64,000 nucleotides of DNA, taken from assembly GCA_019873645.1 (NCBI GenBank), contig JAIOAX010000022.1:20599-84598 (forward strand). The letters run 5' to 3'. Each line of letters starts with the position of its first letter. Position 1 is the first letter of the stretch. This stretch comes from Chloroflexota bacterium. Lineage in GTDB: Bacteria; Chloroflexota; Anaerolineae; B4-G1; SLSP01. The notes beneath the pieces are model-generated. The model was not told the DNA's origin, did not search any database, and saw only the letters and a program-made list of their open reading frames with translations. The translations under genes were made by a program, and so were the position numbers. Shown here one piece after another: positions 44,444 to 53,009 of this stretch.

Positions 44444-45508
44444 ATGCCTGTGCCAACAACTTTTGAACTGCTCAAAACTTTCACCGAAGCTCCCGGCCCA
44501 TCCGGGCGCGAAAATACCGTCCGAGAGCGCATTGCCGAACGGTGGACGCCGTTGACCGATGCGTTGCGCACCGATGCGATGGGCAGCCTGATTGCGCTGC
44601 AACGCGGCTCGGCTTCGGCCCCGCGTCCTGCCGTCATGCTTGCCGCCCACATGGACGAAATCGGGCTGATCGTGACCGGCCTGGAAGGTGGCTTCCTGCG
44701 GGTTCACACCCTCGGCGGCATGGATCGGCGTGTGATCTTGGGACTGGATGTGATCGTCCACGGACGCCGTCCCCTGCCGGGGGTCATCGGCAGCCGTCCA
44801 CCCCATGTCCTCTCCGCCGAGGAACGTCGCAAACTCGTCCGCTGGGAAGAGGTCTTCGTGGATACCGGTCTGCCGGCCGAAGAACTCGCCGACCTGGTGA
44901 GTGTCGGCGACCATGTGACCGTTGACCGGGAACTGGTCGCGTTAAAAAATGACCTGGCCGCCGGCAAGGCGCTCGACAACCGCGCCTCGGTGACCGCCAT
45001 AACCCTGGCTCTGGAATGGCTACGTTCACGCCGGCATGCCTGGGACGTTTACGCTGTCGCCACCGTACAAGAAGAAGTCGGCCTCAAAGGCGCCATCACC
45101 AGCGCCTATAATCTTGCGCCGCAGATTGCCATCGCCCTGGATGTGACGTTCGGTAAGCAGTACGACGATGACCGGGCGGGAACTTTTGAGCTGGGCAAAG
45201 GGCCAACGGTCGCGCTGGGGCCGAATTTCCATCCGCAGGTGGTGGAACGTTTGAAGGAAGCTGCCAAAGCCGAAGAAATCCCCTATCAACTTGAACCGGT
45301 ATCCGGCAGCAGCGGCACCGACGCCTGGGGCATTCAGGTGGCGCGTGAGGGCATCCCCACAGGGTTGGTCGAAATCCCGTTACGTTACATGCACCAACCG
45401 GTTGAAACTGCCGCGCTCCGCGACATTGAGCGCGCTGCGCGGCTGCTGGCGAGCTTTGTGACCCGTCTGGACGCCGATTTCCGCCCTCAATGGGAGGACG
45501 AGGCATGA
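44444..45508 (+). CDS. M42-family (TET/FrvX-type) aminopeptidase, paralog 1
   Basis: [35 protein letters not shown] and [11 protein letters not shown]. The 44078 start runs through the PT-repeat gene in another frame, so I rejected it. Confidence 0.85.
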   Translation: MPVPTTFELLKTFTEAPGPSGRENTVRERIAERWTPLTDALRTDAMGSLIALQRGSASAPRPAVMLAAHMDEIGLIVTGLEGGFLRVHTLGGMDRRVILGLDVIVHGRRPLPGVIGSRPPHVLSAEERRKLVRWEEVFVDTGLPAEELADLVSVGDHVTVDRELVALKNDLAAGKALDNRASVTAITLALEWLRSRRHAWDVYAVATVQEEVGLKGAITSAYNLAPQIAIALDVTFGKQYDDDRAGTFELGKGPTVALGPNFHPQVVERLKEAAKAEEIPYQLEPVSGSSGTDAWGIQVAREGIPTGLVEIPLRYMHQPVETAALRDIERAARLLASFVTRLDADFRPQWEDEA

Positions 45509-46557
45509 GCGACACGCTGATTTCCATCCTGCAAACCCTCGCGGATCTCACCGGCATTTCGGGAAACGAAGCCGCGATCCGCAGTGCCATCAAGGCGCGC
45601 GTCGCGTCCCATGTGGATAGCCTGCACGTGGACGCGCTCGGCAATCTCATCACCTGCAAACGCGGTACGGCGGAAAATCCGCTGCGGGTTCTGGTGACGG
45701 CGCACATGGACGAGGTCGGCTTGATGGTCGTCGGGCATACCGGCGAGGGTGGGCTGCGCGTCGAGGCCATCGGCAGCATCCCGGAACGTCTCTTGCCGGG
45801 GACGCAGGTGTGGATCGGCAAGGATCACCTTCCGGGCGTCATCGGGCTACAAGCCATCCACCGCGCCCACGATAACGACAATCAAAAAGCCGCGCCGCTT
45901 GAGAACCTCATCGTTGACATCGGCGCAAAGAACAAGGACGAAGCTCAGGAGGCCGCGCCCCTGGGAACGCCGCTCACCTTTGCGACCCGTTTCCGTGAAA
46001 TGGGCACTCTGGTCAGTGGTAAAGCCTTCGACGACCGCGCCGGGTGCGCGGTGCTGATCGCCCTGCTGCAAGGCGAACGGCTTCCCTGGGATGTGTACGG
46101 GGTTTTCACCGTGCAGGAGGAAGTGGGCCTGCGCGGCGCGCGGGTGGCGGCTTATGCTGTTGAGCCGCATGTCGCGTTTGCGCTCGAAGGCACGCTGGCT
46201 GACGATCTCCCCAAGGAAGACAAAGATGTCAGCCCGACGACCGAGTTGGGCAAGGGGCCGGCGATTACCGTGATGGATCGCTCGTACACTGCCGCGCCAC
46301 GCCTGCTCACACATGTGCTGAAGACGGCTCAGGCCGAAAGCATCCCTTATCAAATCAAACAACCGGGCATCAGCAGCACCGAAGCCGGCAGCATCTACGC
46401 CACACGCGGCGGCGTGCCGGCACTCACGATGGCTGTGCCCTGCCGCTACATCCATAGCCCTCGTGCTTTGTTGCATCCGGGCGATTTGGAAAACACGCTG
46501 CGGTTGGTGCGCGCCGCCATCGCCCGTCTCACGCCGGAGACGTTAGCGTTCTCTTAG
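45505..46557 (+). CDS. M42-family aminopeptidase, paralog 2
   Basis: ATGA overlap with paralog 1. Motifs LADLTGISGNE, TAHMDEVGLMV, KAFDDRAGC and [11 protein letters not shown]. Confidence 0.85.
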   Translation: MSDTLISILQTLADLTGISGNEAAIRSAIKARVASHVDSLHVDALGNLITCKRGTAENPLRVLVTAHMDEVGLMVVGHTGEGGLRVEAIGSIPERLLPGTQVWIGKDHLPGVIGLQAIHRAHDNDNQKAAPLENLIVDIGAKNKDEAQEAAPLGTPLTFATRFREMGTLVSGKAFDDRAGCAVLIALLQGERLPWDVYGVFTVQEEVGLRGARVAAYAVEPHVAFALEGTLADDLPKEDKDVSPTTELGKGPAITVMDRSYTAAPRLLTHVLKTAQAESIPYQIKQPGISSTEAGSIYATRGGVPALTMAVPCRYIHSPRALLHPGDLENTLRLVRAAIARLTPETLAFS

Positions 46558-46586
46558 TCAGGCATTATATTTGTTAGGAGACTTAC

Positions 46587-47576
46587 TTGGACCTGAAACT
46601 TTTGGAACAACTCACCCAGACATTTGGCCCCTCAGGGTATGAGGATGAAATCCGCGCCGTGATTCGCACGGTTGTTGAACCGCTAGCCGATGAACTCCGT
46701 GTTGATCCGTTGGGAAGCCTAGTTGTCTATCGCAAAGGCACAGGCGAGGGCAAGAAAATCGCGCTTGCGGCGCACATGGACGAGATCGGCTTGATGGCGA
46801 CATACATCGAAGAGAAAGGCTATGTGCGCTTCACTTCCATCGGTGGCGTGCGACCGCTTAATTGTATCGGTGGGCGCGCGCGCTTCGCCAACGGCGTCAC
46901 CGGCGTCATCTATGCCGAGCGCCGTGATGATGCTTCAACTGTACCTGAGCTACGTCATCTTTACATTGACGTGGGGGCGACCGGGCGTGCCGATTGTCCG
47001 GTCGCAGTCGGCGATCCGGCGCAGTTTGTCGGACCGCTGACGCGCCAGGGGCAGCGGCTTGTCAGCAAAACACTGGATGACCGTATCGGCTGCTATGTTC
47101 TTATCGAAGTCCTGCGGCAGTTGGCTGCAACACCGCACGATCTCTATTTTGTCTTCAGCACCCAGGAAGAGATCGGGCTGGCCGGCGCGCGCACCACGGC
47201 TTTCCGCATTGATCCCGACATCGCTATCTCGGTGGACGTGACGGCGACCGGCGATACGCCCAAGGCGCTGCCGATGGCCGTCGAGCTGGGCAAGGGACCG
47301 GCGGTCAAGGTCAAAGATAGCGGCATGATTGCCCATCCCCTGGTGCGGGATATGCTGGTCGCGGCCGCGCAAAAAGCCGGCGTCCCTTACCAGATGGAAA
47401 TCCTGGTCGGCGGTTCCACGGACGCGGCGGCCATGCAGTTAGTGCGTTCCGGCGTCCCTAGCGGCTGTTTGAGCATTCCCTGTCGCTTCGTCCACAGCCC
47501 ATCGGAGATGGTGGATGAGGCCGATGTGGAGAACGCTATCGCCGTGCTGCTCACTGCACTGCGCACTACCGTATAG
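46587..47576 (+). CDS. M42-family aminopeptidase, paralog 3
   Basis: TTG start. Motifs [31 protein letters not shown] and STQEEIGLAGA. Confidence 0.8.
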   Translation: MDLKLLEQLTQTFGPSGYEDEIRAVIRTVVEPLADELRVDPLGSLVVYRKGTGEGKKIALAAHMDEIGLMATYIEEKGYVRFTSIGGVRPLNCIGGRARFANGVTGVIYAERRDDASTVPELRHLYIDVGATGRADCPVAVGDPAQFVGPLTRQGQRLVSKTLDDRIGCYVLIEVLRQLAATPHDLYFVFSTQEEIGLAGARTTAFRIDPDIAISVDVTATGDTPKALPMAVELGKGPAVKVKDSGMIAHPLVRDMLVAAAQKAGVPYQMEILVGGSTDAAAMQLVRSGVPSGCLSIPCRFVHSPSEMVDEADVENAIAVLLTALRTTV

Positions 47577-47647
47577 ATTCCTCGTTCGTAACGACTCGGC
47601 CACCCTTGAACCTGCCACCCTCCTGAAGGTCGCCCATCTCGGCGAGT

Positions 47648-47780
47648 GCGTTTCAACTGCGGAGTAAATCTTGCTGGCCGACCTCTGACTGCGCCACTGA
47701 AAATCAGGCGCGGTCTGGAGACCGGCCTGCGCATCGCCCAGTTGCCGCGTCTGATAAATCGCCCCGGTCCTGAAAGGCGC
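47648..47780 (-). mobile_element. MITE-like hairpin element (GGCCGGTCTC core), full-length copy
   Basis: GCGTTTCAACT ... GGCCGACCTCTGACTGCGCC ... GGCGCGGTCTGGAGACCGGCC ... CCTGAAAGGC. Confidence 0.7.
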
Positions 47781-47874
47781 CTATCCCGGCTCCCCACTTT
47801 CCTGTTTTTCGTTATTATGTTATCATATACCCATACGTTTCGGTCACTATTCTATATCGAAAGGGGAGAGAACA

Positions 47875-48390
47875 ATGAACCTGAAACAGCATTTACGGAT
47901 TTTGAGTGTCCTGATTGTGATTGCGGCGGTGTGGTTGACCGCCTGTGGCGGCGGGGCTCAGACTCCTACCGAGAGCAGTCCCGTCACCGAAAGCGGCAGC
48001 GCGGCCACGGAAGAGGCCCCCGCAGCCACGCAGGAAACAACGGCGGAAGAACCTGCTGAACCTGCTGCGCCGGCAGAACCGACTGCCACGCCGGAACCCA
48101 AAGACTTGTTCCCGGACATTCTCGTGGTGCATCCCGATGCCTTCAACTTTGAAGTTACCGTAGCAACCAGCACCTACGTTTATGTGGTGCCGATGATGGT
48201 TGCCGATACTGTGGCTTACCTGGAGGCCGAACTAAAAGCCATTGGATGGGAAGAACTGGGAAAACCCACGGTGATGGGGCATCTGGCGACGCTCAACCTG
48301 AAACGCGAGGGGTATCGCCTGACCGTCAGCATGCAAGATAACGAACGCACGCAAACAACGCGCGTACAGATGCTTCTTATGAAGCAGTAA
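47875..48390 (+). CDS. Lipoprotein, hypothetical
   Basis: Lipobox VWLTAC|GG with an acidic A/E/T-rich linker. Confidence 0.55.
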   Translation: MNLKQHLRILSVLIVIAAVWLTACGGGAQTPTESSPVTESGSAATEEAPAATQETTAEEPAEPAAPAEPTATPEPKDLFPDILVVHPDAFNFEVTVATSTYVYVVPMMVADTVAYLEAELKAIGWEELGKPTVMGHLATLNLKREGYRLTVSMQDNERTQTTRVQMLLMKQ

Positions 48391-48621
48391 CCTGCCGTAC
48401 TATTCCGAAAACGGCCAGCAGACATCATGAGCGACGCGCTCAACCCAGCATGAAAATGCATGTCAACGGATTAAGCGGATTTGAACGGATTAGCTTTCAA
48501 TTGTCGCATAAACTGCTTAATCCGCCAAGTATTTTCGGAATAGATTAAGCAGATTTATAGAGGATTTAAACGTTCCAACGTGCTAACTTGTCAACGTGTA
48601 AACGATTTTTAGGGAGGTTGA

Positions 48622-48972
48622 GTGGAGAGTTTAGAACTGGCGCATCGTATTGCTGAAATCATTGTGGATAAGCAAGGAGAAGACATTCTGATCCTCGATT
48701 TACAGGCCGTGACGACGTTCACCGATTACTTTGTCATCTGTTCCGGCACCAGCCGAAGACAACTGGATGCGCTCCAGCATACGTTACGCGAAGAGTTGAA
48801 GAAGGGAGAAGAACCCGTTATTCCCCTGAGTGTGGAAGGGGAGCCGGATTCCGGGTGGATTTTGATGGACTATAGCAGCGTCATTGTGCATTTGTTTGAT
48901 CCAGAAGTACGCAAATTCTATAATCTTGAGGAACTTTGGAAGAAGGGGCGGGTTGTTGCCCACATTCAGTGA
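48622..48972 (+). CDS. rsfS: Ribosome silencing factor
   Basis: GEDILILDL, TDYFVICSGTSRRQ and WILMDYSSVIVHLF..R.FYNLEELW. GTG start with SD AGGGAGG. Confidence 0.9.
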   Translation: MESLELAHRIAEIIVDKQGEDILILDLQAVTTFTDYFVICSGTSRRQLDALQHTLREELKKGEEPVIPLSVEGEPDSGWILMDYSSVIVHLFDPEVRKFYNLEELWKKGRVVAHIQ

Positions 48973-49019
48973 GGTCTTACCGGCTGGAATAGGTATTCCG
49001 AAAAGTTTGTGTCACAAAC

Positions 49020-49045
49020 AACGGCGACCAATGATGGTCGCCGTT
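49020..49045 (+). terminator. Hairpin after rsfS
   Basis: AACGGCGACCA / TGGTCGCCGTT form an 11-bp stem. There is no strong T-run. Confidence 0.4.
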
Positions 49046-49120
49046 GCGTTATAGGCCGATTATGACGAATTTGAATCCTGCCATGTTTACGGTTTACCGT
49101 CATCCAGGAAAGTAAATAGA

Positions 49121-49159
49121 GGGGGGTTTTGGGGCGGCTTCGCCGCCCCAAAACCCCCC
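49121..49159. repeat. GC-rich perfect hairpin related to the one inside the 42809-42973 MITE
   Basis: GGGGGGTTTTGGGGCGGC / GCCGCCCCAAAACCCCCC form an 18-bp stem; compare GGGGGATTTTGTGGCGGGGC / GCCCCGCCACAAAATCCCCC. A terminal fragment of the first MITE family lies at 49238-49259. Confidence 0.6.
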
Positions 49160-49336
49160 TTTGAGAAATCCCCCCGTTCTTCCCACACGCGGGGAGAGTG
49201 GGGACAGGGGGTGAGAGGGGCAAACCCAAAAAACTGCTCCCATCCTGAAATGCGCCCCCTTTACCTTTTATATTGTCTCTTTGTAAATCTGTGATACACT
49301 TTGTATATACAAAAAACACAAAGAGGAGTGCTGATA

Positions 49337-49591
49337 ATGTTGGCGACCGTAGTGAAATTAAGCGAGCGTAATCAGACGGTATTGCCAAAGATAGCCCGTG
49401 AAGCTTTAGGGGTGGAGCCGGGAGGACACATTCTGGTCATTGTTGATGGGCAAGATGTACGTTTGCTTCCAGAGCCGGAAAACTGGAGCGATTACATCTA
49501 TGGTTTGGGCAAGGCGATGTGGGAAAAACTTGGAGGGGGCGAGAATTTCCTGAGAGAGGAGCGCGCCGCGTGGCAAGCAACGCACAGTTAG
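49337..49591 (+). CDS. AbrB/MazE/SpoVT-type antitoxin
   Basis: MLATVVKLSERNQTVLPKIAREALGVEPGGHILV. SD GAGGAG lies upstream of ATG 49337. Confidence 0.65.
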   Translation: MLATVVKLSERNQTVLPKIAREALGVEPGGHILVIVDGQDVRLLPEPENWSDYIYGLGKAMWEKLGGGENFLREERAAWQATHS

Positions 49592-49596
49592 TAGCA

Positions 49597-49764
49597 ATGT
49601 CTGATCTGCGAGCACGTTACAAGCTGCGTGTCCCGGACGCAATTCACATAGGAACGGCACTGGTGTACGGAGCTACTGCCTTTATCACGAATGATTTAAA
49701 CCTGCGCTGCGTTACCGAGCTGGAAATTCTCGTGCTGACCGACTTCGCTTCCCCGATTACGTGA
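49597..49764 (+). pseudogene. PIN-domain toxin remnant (C-terminal about 55 aa only)
   Basis: MSDLRARYKLRVPDAIHIGTALVYGATAFITNDLNLRCV is a PIN C-terminal half. The N-terminal half is absent. Its 3' end overlaps the convergent GRE gene by 8 nt. Confidence 0.55.
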
Positions 49765-52201
49765 GTTCGTTGTGCGCCGTCCGCGCAATGATTTCATCCT
49801 GGAGCGCTTTGCTCAGATCGCAGAAGTAATCGCTGTAGCCGGCCACGCGCACGATGAGGTCGCGGTACTGCTCCGGGTGCGCCTGTGCGGCGCGCAGGGT
49901 GGCGGCGTCCACCACGTTGAATTGGATGTGATGCCCACCCATCTGGAAATAGGAGCGGATAAGGTGCACCAGCCCTTCCAATCCGGCGTCGTCCTGCAAC
50001 ACCGACGGCGTGAATTTTTGATTGAGCAGCGTCCCGCCCGTGCGGACGTGATCCATCTTGGCGACAGATTTGATGACGGCGGTTGGCCCACGCCGGTCTG
50101 CGCCCTGCACCGGCGAGATGCCTTCTGAAAGCGGCGTCCACGCCCGGCGTCCGTCGGCGGTTGCGCCGGTGACGCTGCCGAAATAGACATGGCACGTCGT
50201 CGGCAGCAGGTCAATGTGATAGGTCCCCCCGCGCGTGTTGGGACGCCCGTCAATGGCGTTGAAATATGCCTCGAAGACGCGCCGCATCACGCTATCGGCG
50301 TAATCGTCGTCGTTGCCGTAGCGGGGCGTGCGGTTGAGCAGCCGTTGGCGCAGGCGTTCATAGCCCACGAAGTCATTCGCCAGCGCGTCAAGCAGTTCGG
50401 CCATTGTGATCTGGGGGGCGGCCGGCTCGGTCAGAGACCGGCCAGAGCCAGATGGGGACATCTCGCTGGGGCCGGTCTCCAGACCGCGCCCCCCGCCGTC
50501 GAATACGTGGTACTTGAGCGCCGTCAGCGCGTCTGTGACCGAACCAAGCCCCACCCCCTGGATATAGGACGTGTTGTAGCGCGCGCCGCCATCGTGGTAA
50601 TCTTTACCTTTGGCGATGCAGTCGCTGATGAGCAGGGAAAGAAAAGGCGCGGGCATGTAGCGGGCATAGAGCCGTTCGATCACGGCGTTACCGCGGATTT
50701 TAACATCCACGAAGTAACGCAGTTGCGTCTCGAACGCAGCAAATAGTTCGTCGAAAGTCGTGAATGTGCGCGGAGCGCCGGTGCGCGGGCCGAGTTGTTT
50801 GCCGGTGCGCGGGTCCACGCCGTCGTGCAGCGTGATTTCGAGCACCTTGGGCAGATTAAAGTAGCCCGTTAGGTTGTAGTTCTCCTTGCCGAACGCGCCG
50901 GTCTCCACGCAGCCGCTCGTCCCGCCACAGCGTGCGTCTACCAGACTTTTGCCCACGCGCAACATCTCCTGGATGACGGTCTCCGTGTTGAAGACCGACG
51001 GTTGCCCGAAGCCGGTGCGGATGATGCGCGCCGCCCGCTTGATGAAGGCATCCGGGTTCTTTTGGCTGACCTGGATGGATGAGCTGGGCTGCAACAAGCG
51101 CATGGCTTCGATGACATCCAGGATGAGATACGTGACCTCGTTGACGCCGTCCGTGCCGTCCGGGCGCACGCCGCCGAGGTTGATCTGCGCAAAGTCGGTG
51201 TAGGTGCCGCTTTCCGCCGCCGTCACGCCGACTTTGGGCGGCGCGGGCTGATTGTTGAACTTGATCCAGAAACACTGCAGCAGTTCCTCGGCCTGCTCGC
51301 GGGTGAGCGTGCCCTCGGCGATCCCCCGGCGGTAGAACGGCTCAAGGTGCTGGTCGAGTTTGCCGGGGTTGAAGGAATCCCAGGGGTTCAGCTCCAGCGT
51401 CACGCCCAGGTGGACGAACCAGTAGTATTGCAGCGCCTCCCAGAAATCACGAGGGGCGTGCGCCGGAACGTGGGTGCAGACTGTGGCGATGTGCTCCAGT
51501 TCACGCTTGCGCTGTGGATCGGCCTCCTGTACCGCCAGTGCGCGCGCTTCCTCCGCATGACGTTCGGCGAAGCGGATGAGCGCATCCGCTGTGATCGCCA
51601 TCGCCTTGAGTTCTTCCTGTTTAGCATAGGCGTCGGGGTCGTTGAAAAAATCCAGCGCATCGAGGCTGGCTTGAATCTCGGCCTTGAAGTCGAGCATCCC
51701 CTTGTGGTAGATTTTGTCATCCAGCACGGTATGGCCCGGCGAACGTTGCTCCATAAATTCGGTGAAAATACCTGCTTCGTAGGCGGCTTTCCATTCCGGC
51801 GTCATTTCCTGAAAGATCAACTCGCGCATTGTCCGCCCCTGCCAGAAGGGGATGATGGTTTCGGCGTAGACCCGGCGCGTGTCCGGGCTGACGGCGAAGG
51901 GGATTTTCTCCCGCGAATTCAAGATATCCAGGTCGGCCAGACTATGACAGCACAGCTCGGGATACGTCGGCGTGGCTTTGGGGGCGGGGCCTTTCTCGCC
52001 GACGATGAGTTCGCCCGGGTGGATGCAAATGGCTTTGTGTTCCAGCAGGTATTGGAACGCCAGCGCGCGCTGCACCGGCGTGGACATCAAGTCGGTGTGG
52101 GTTTTGTAGAATTCCGTCATCAATTCTGCCCGCTCGCTGGAAAGCGTGGGGACGGCGTCGAGGCTCTGTTGGCGTAAGTGTGCCACTCTAAAGGAAATCA
52201 A
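49757..52201 (-). CDS. Glycyl radical enzyme, PFL2/dehydratase-lyase class
   Basis: C-terminal glycyl motif RVAGYSDYF. Active-site GCVE (Cys-x-Glu, as in eliminating GREs, not the PFL Cys-Cys). Also TADGRRAWTPLSEGISP. 814 aa. Confidence 0.9.
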   Translation of the reverse strand: MISFRVAHLRQQSLDAVPTLSSERAELMTEFYKTHTDLMSTPVQRALAFQYLLEHKAICIHPGELIVGEKGPAPKATPTYPELCCHSLADLDILNSREKIPFAVSPDTRRVYAETIIPFWQGRTMRELIFQEMTPEWKAAYEAGIFTEFMEQRSPGHTVLDDKIYHKGMLDFKAEIQASLDALDFFNDPDAYAKQEELKAMAITADALIRFAERHAEEARALAVQEADPQRKRELEHIATVCTHVPAHAPRDFWEALQYYWFVHLGVTLELNPWDSFNPGKLDQHLEPFYRRGIAEGTLTREQAEELLQCFWIKFNNQPAPPKVGVTAAESGTYTDFAQINLGGVRPDGTDGVNEVTYLILDVIEAMRLLQPSSSIQVSQKNPDAFIKRAARIIRTGFGQPSVFNTETVIQEMLRVGKSLVDARCGGTSGCVETGAFGKENYNLTGYFNLPKVLEITLHDGVDPRTGKQLGPRTGAPRTFTTFDELFAAFETQLRYFVDVKIRGNAVIERLYARYMPAPFLSLLISDCIAKGKDYHDGGARYNTSYIQGVGLGSVTDALTALKYHVFDGGGRGLETGPSEMSPSGSGRSLTEPAAPQITMAELLDALANDFVGYERLRQRLLNRTPRYGNDDDYADSVMRRVFEAYFNAIDGRPNTRGGTYHIDLLPTTCHVYFGSVTGATADGRRAWTPLSEGISPVQGADRRGPTAVIKSVAKMDHVRTGGTLLNQKFTPSVLQDDAGLEGLVHLIRSYFQMGGHHIQFNVVDAATLRAAQAHPEQYRDLIVRVAGYSDYFCDLSKALQDEIIARTAHNELT
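50418..50492. mobile_element. Core of the GGCCGGTCTC hairpin element inserted in-frame in the GRE gene
   Basis: GGCCGGCTCGGTCAGAGACCGGCC ... GGCCGGTCTCCAGACCGCGCC. On the minus strand it is translated as GGRGLETGPSEMSPSGSGRSLTEPAAP. Confidence 0.75.
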
Positions 52202-52239
52202 CTTTCAGCCTCCTTGGACTGTGTCAATTCCATCTATGA

Positions 52240-52644
52240 TCATCCTGTTATAAATGTTTTCAAGGATATGGCAATCGCAGGAAATTGATTAAGAATTTGC
52301 TTGTCTACTGTAACAAGCGGTACCCCCAAATCTTGCGCCAGAGCAACAAATTCACAGTCGTAAGCAGAACAAGTACTGTGCGCAACCAGTTTCAAGACCG
52401 ATACTGAGGCAACGGTATACTCCCGACCACGCAACAACATCAAGGCTTCATCCATAATCAAACAGGCGTCGTTTAGGGATAACCTACCCTGTCGCATGTA
52501 GAGCGCCAGTACATTCCGCAACTCACTGCGCCACAAATACGGCGCGGCCCAGTGTGAATCCTTGAGCAACACTTCTTGAACCTGCATGGAATGAGGGCTG
52601 CTCAAATACAGGTAGCCGATGATATTGGTGTCAACGACAATCAT
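52240..52644 (-). CDS. vapC: PIN-domain toxin
   Basis: MIVVDTNIIGYL N-terminus and the acidic residues of the PIN fold. 4-nt overlap with the antitoxin. Confidence 0.85.
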   Translation of the reverse strand: MIVVDTNIIGYLYLSSPHSMQVQEVLLKDSHWAAPYLWRSELRNVLALYMRQGRLSLNDACLIMDEALMLLRGREYTVASVSVLKLVAHSTCSAYDCEFVALAQDLGVPLVTVDKQILNQFPAIAISLKTFITG

Positions 52645-52889
52645 GCCCGGCCTGCTGTTTTTGCCGCATTAAAGTCCTCATCGCTGATCGGATAAGCCGA
52701 TGTTTTTTCGCGCAAGACTTGCGCCCTCGCCAATGTCATTTCGAGATCCATCGGTTGACCGCCCAGCGCTTGCTCAATGCAGACGATGATTTCACTGTTG
52801 ATACTGCGACGATGCAATTGCGCCGCTTGTTTCAATTGCACGTACAGTGCATCTGGTATGTTTTTTACAGTCACAGTTGTCATGCTCAT
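52641..52889 (-). CDS. vapB: RHH (FitA/VapB-like) antitoxin
   Basis: TVTVKNIPDALYVQLKQAAQLHRRSINSEI is an RHH N-terminus. Confidence 0.8.
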   Translation of the reverse strand: MSMTTVTVKNIPDALYVQLKQAAQLHRRSINSEIIVCIEQALGGQPMDLEMTLARAQVLREKTSAYPISDEDFNAAKTAGRA

Positions 52890-53009
52890 CTCCGTAATGG
52901 TTGCATTATGAAACCATTATAGTGTATTTTGTGAAGATGGCAAAAATATCGCTCTCGGCCGTTTTGGGACTATAATACCCATCATCCTATCTCAAATAAG
53001 GAGTAAACG

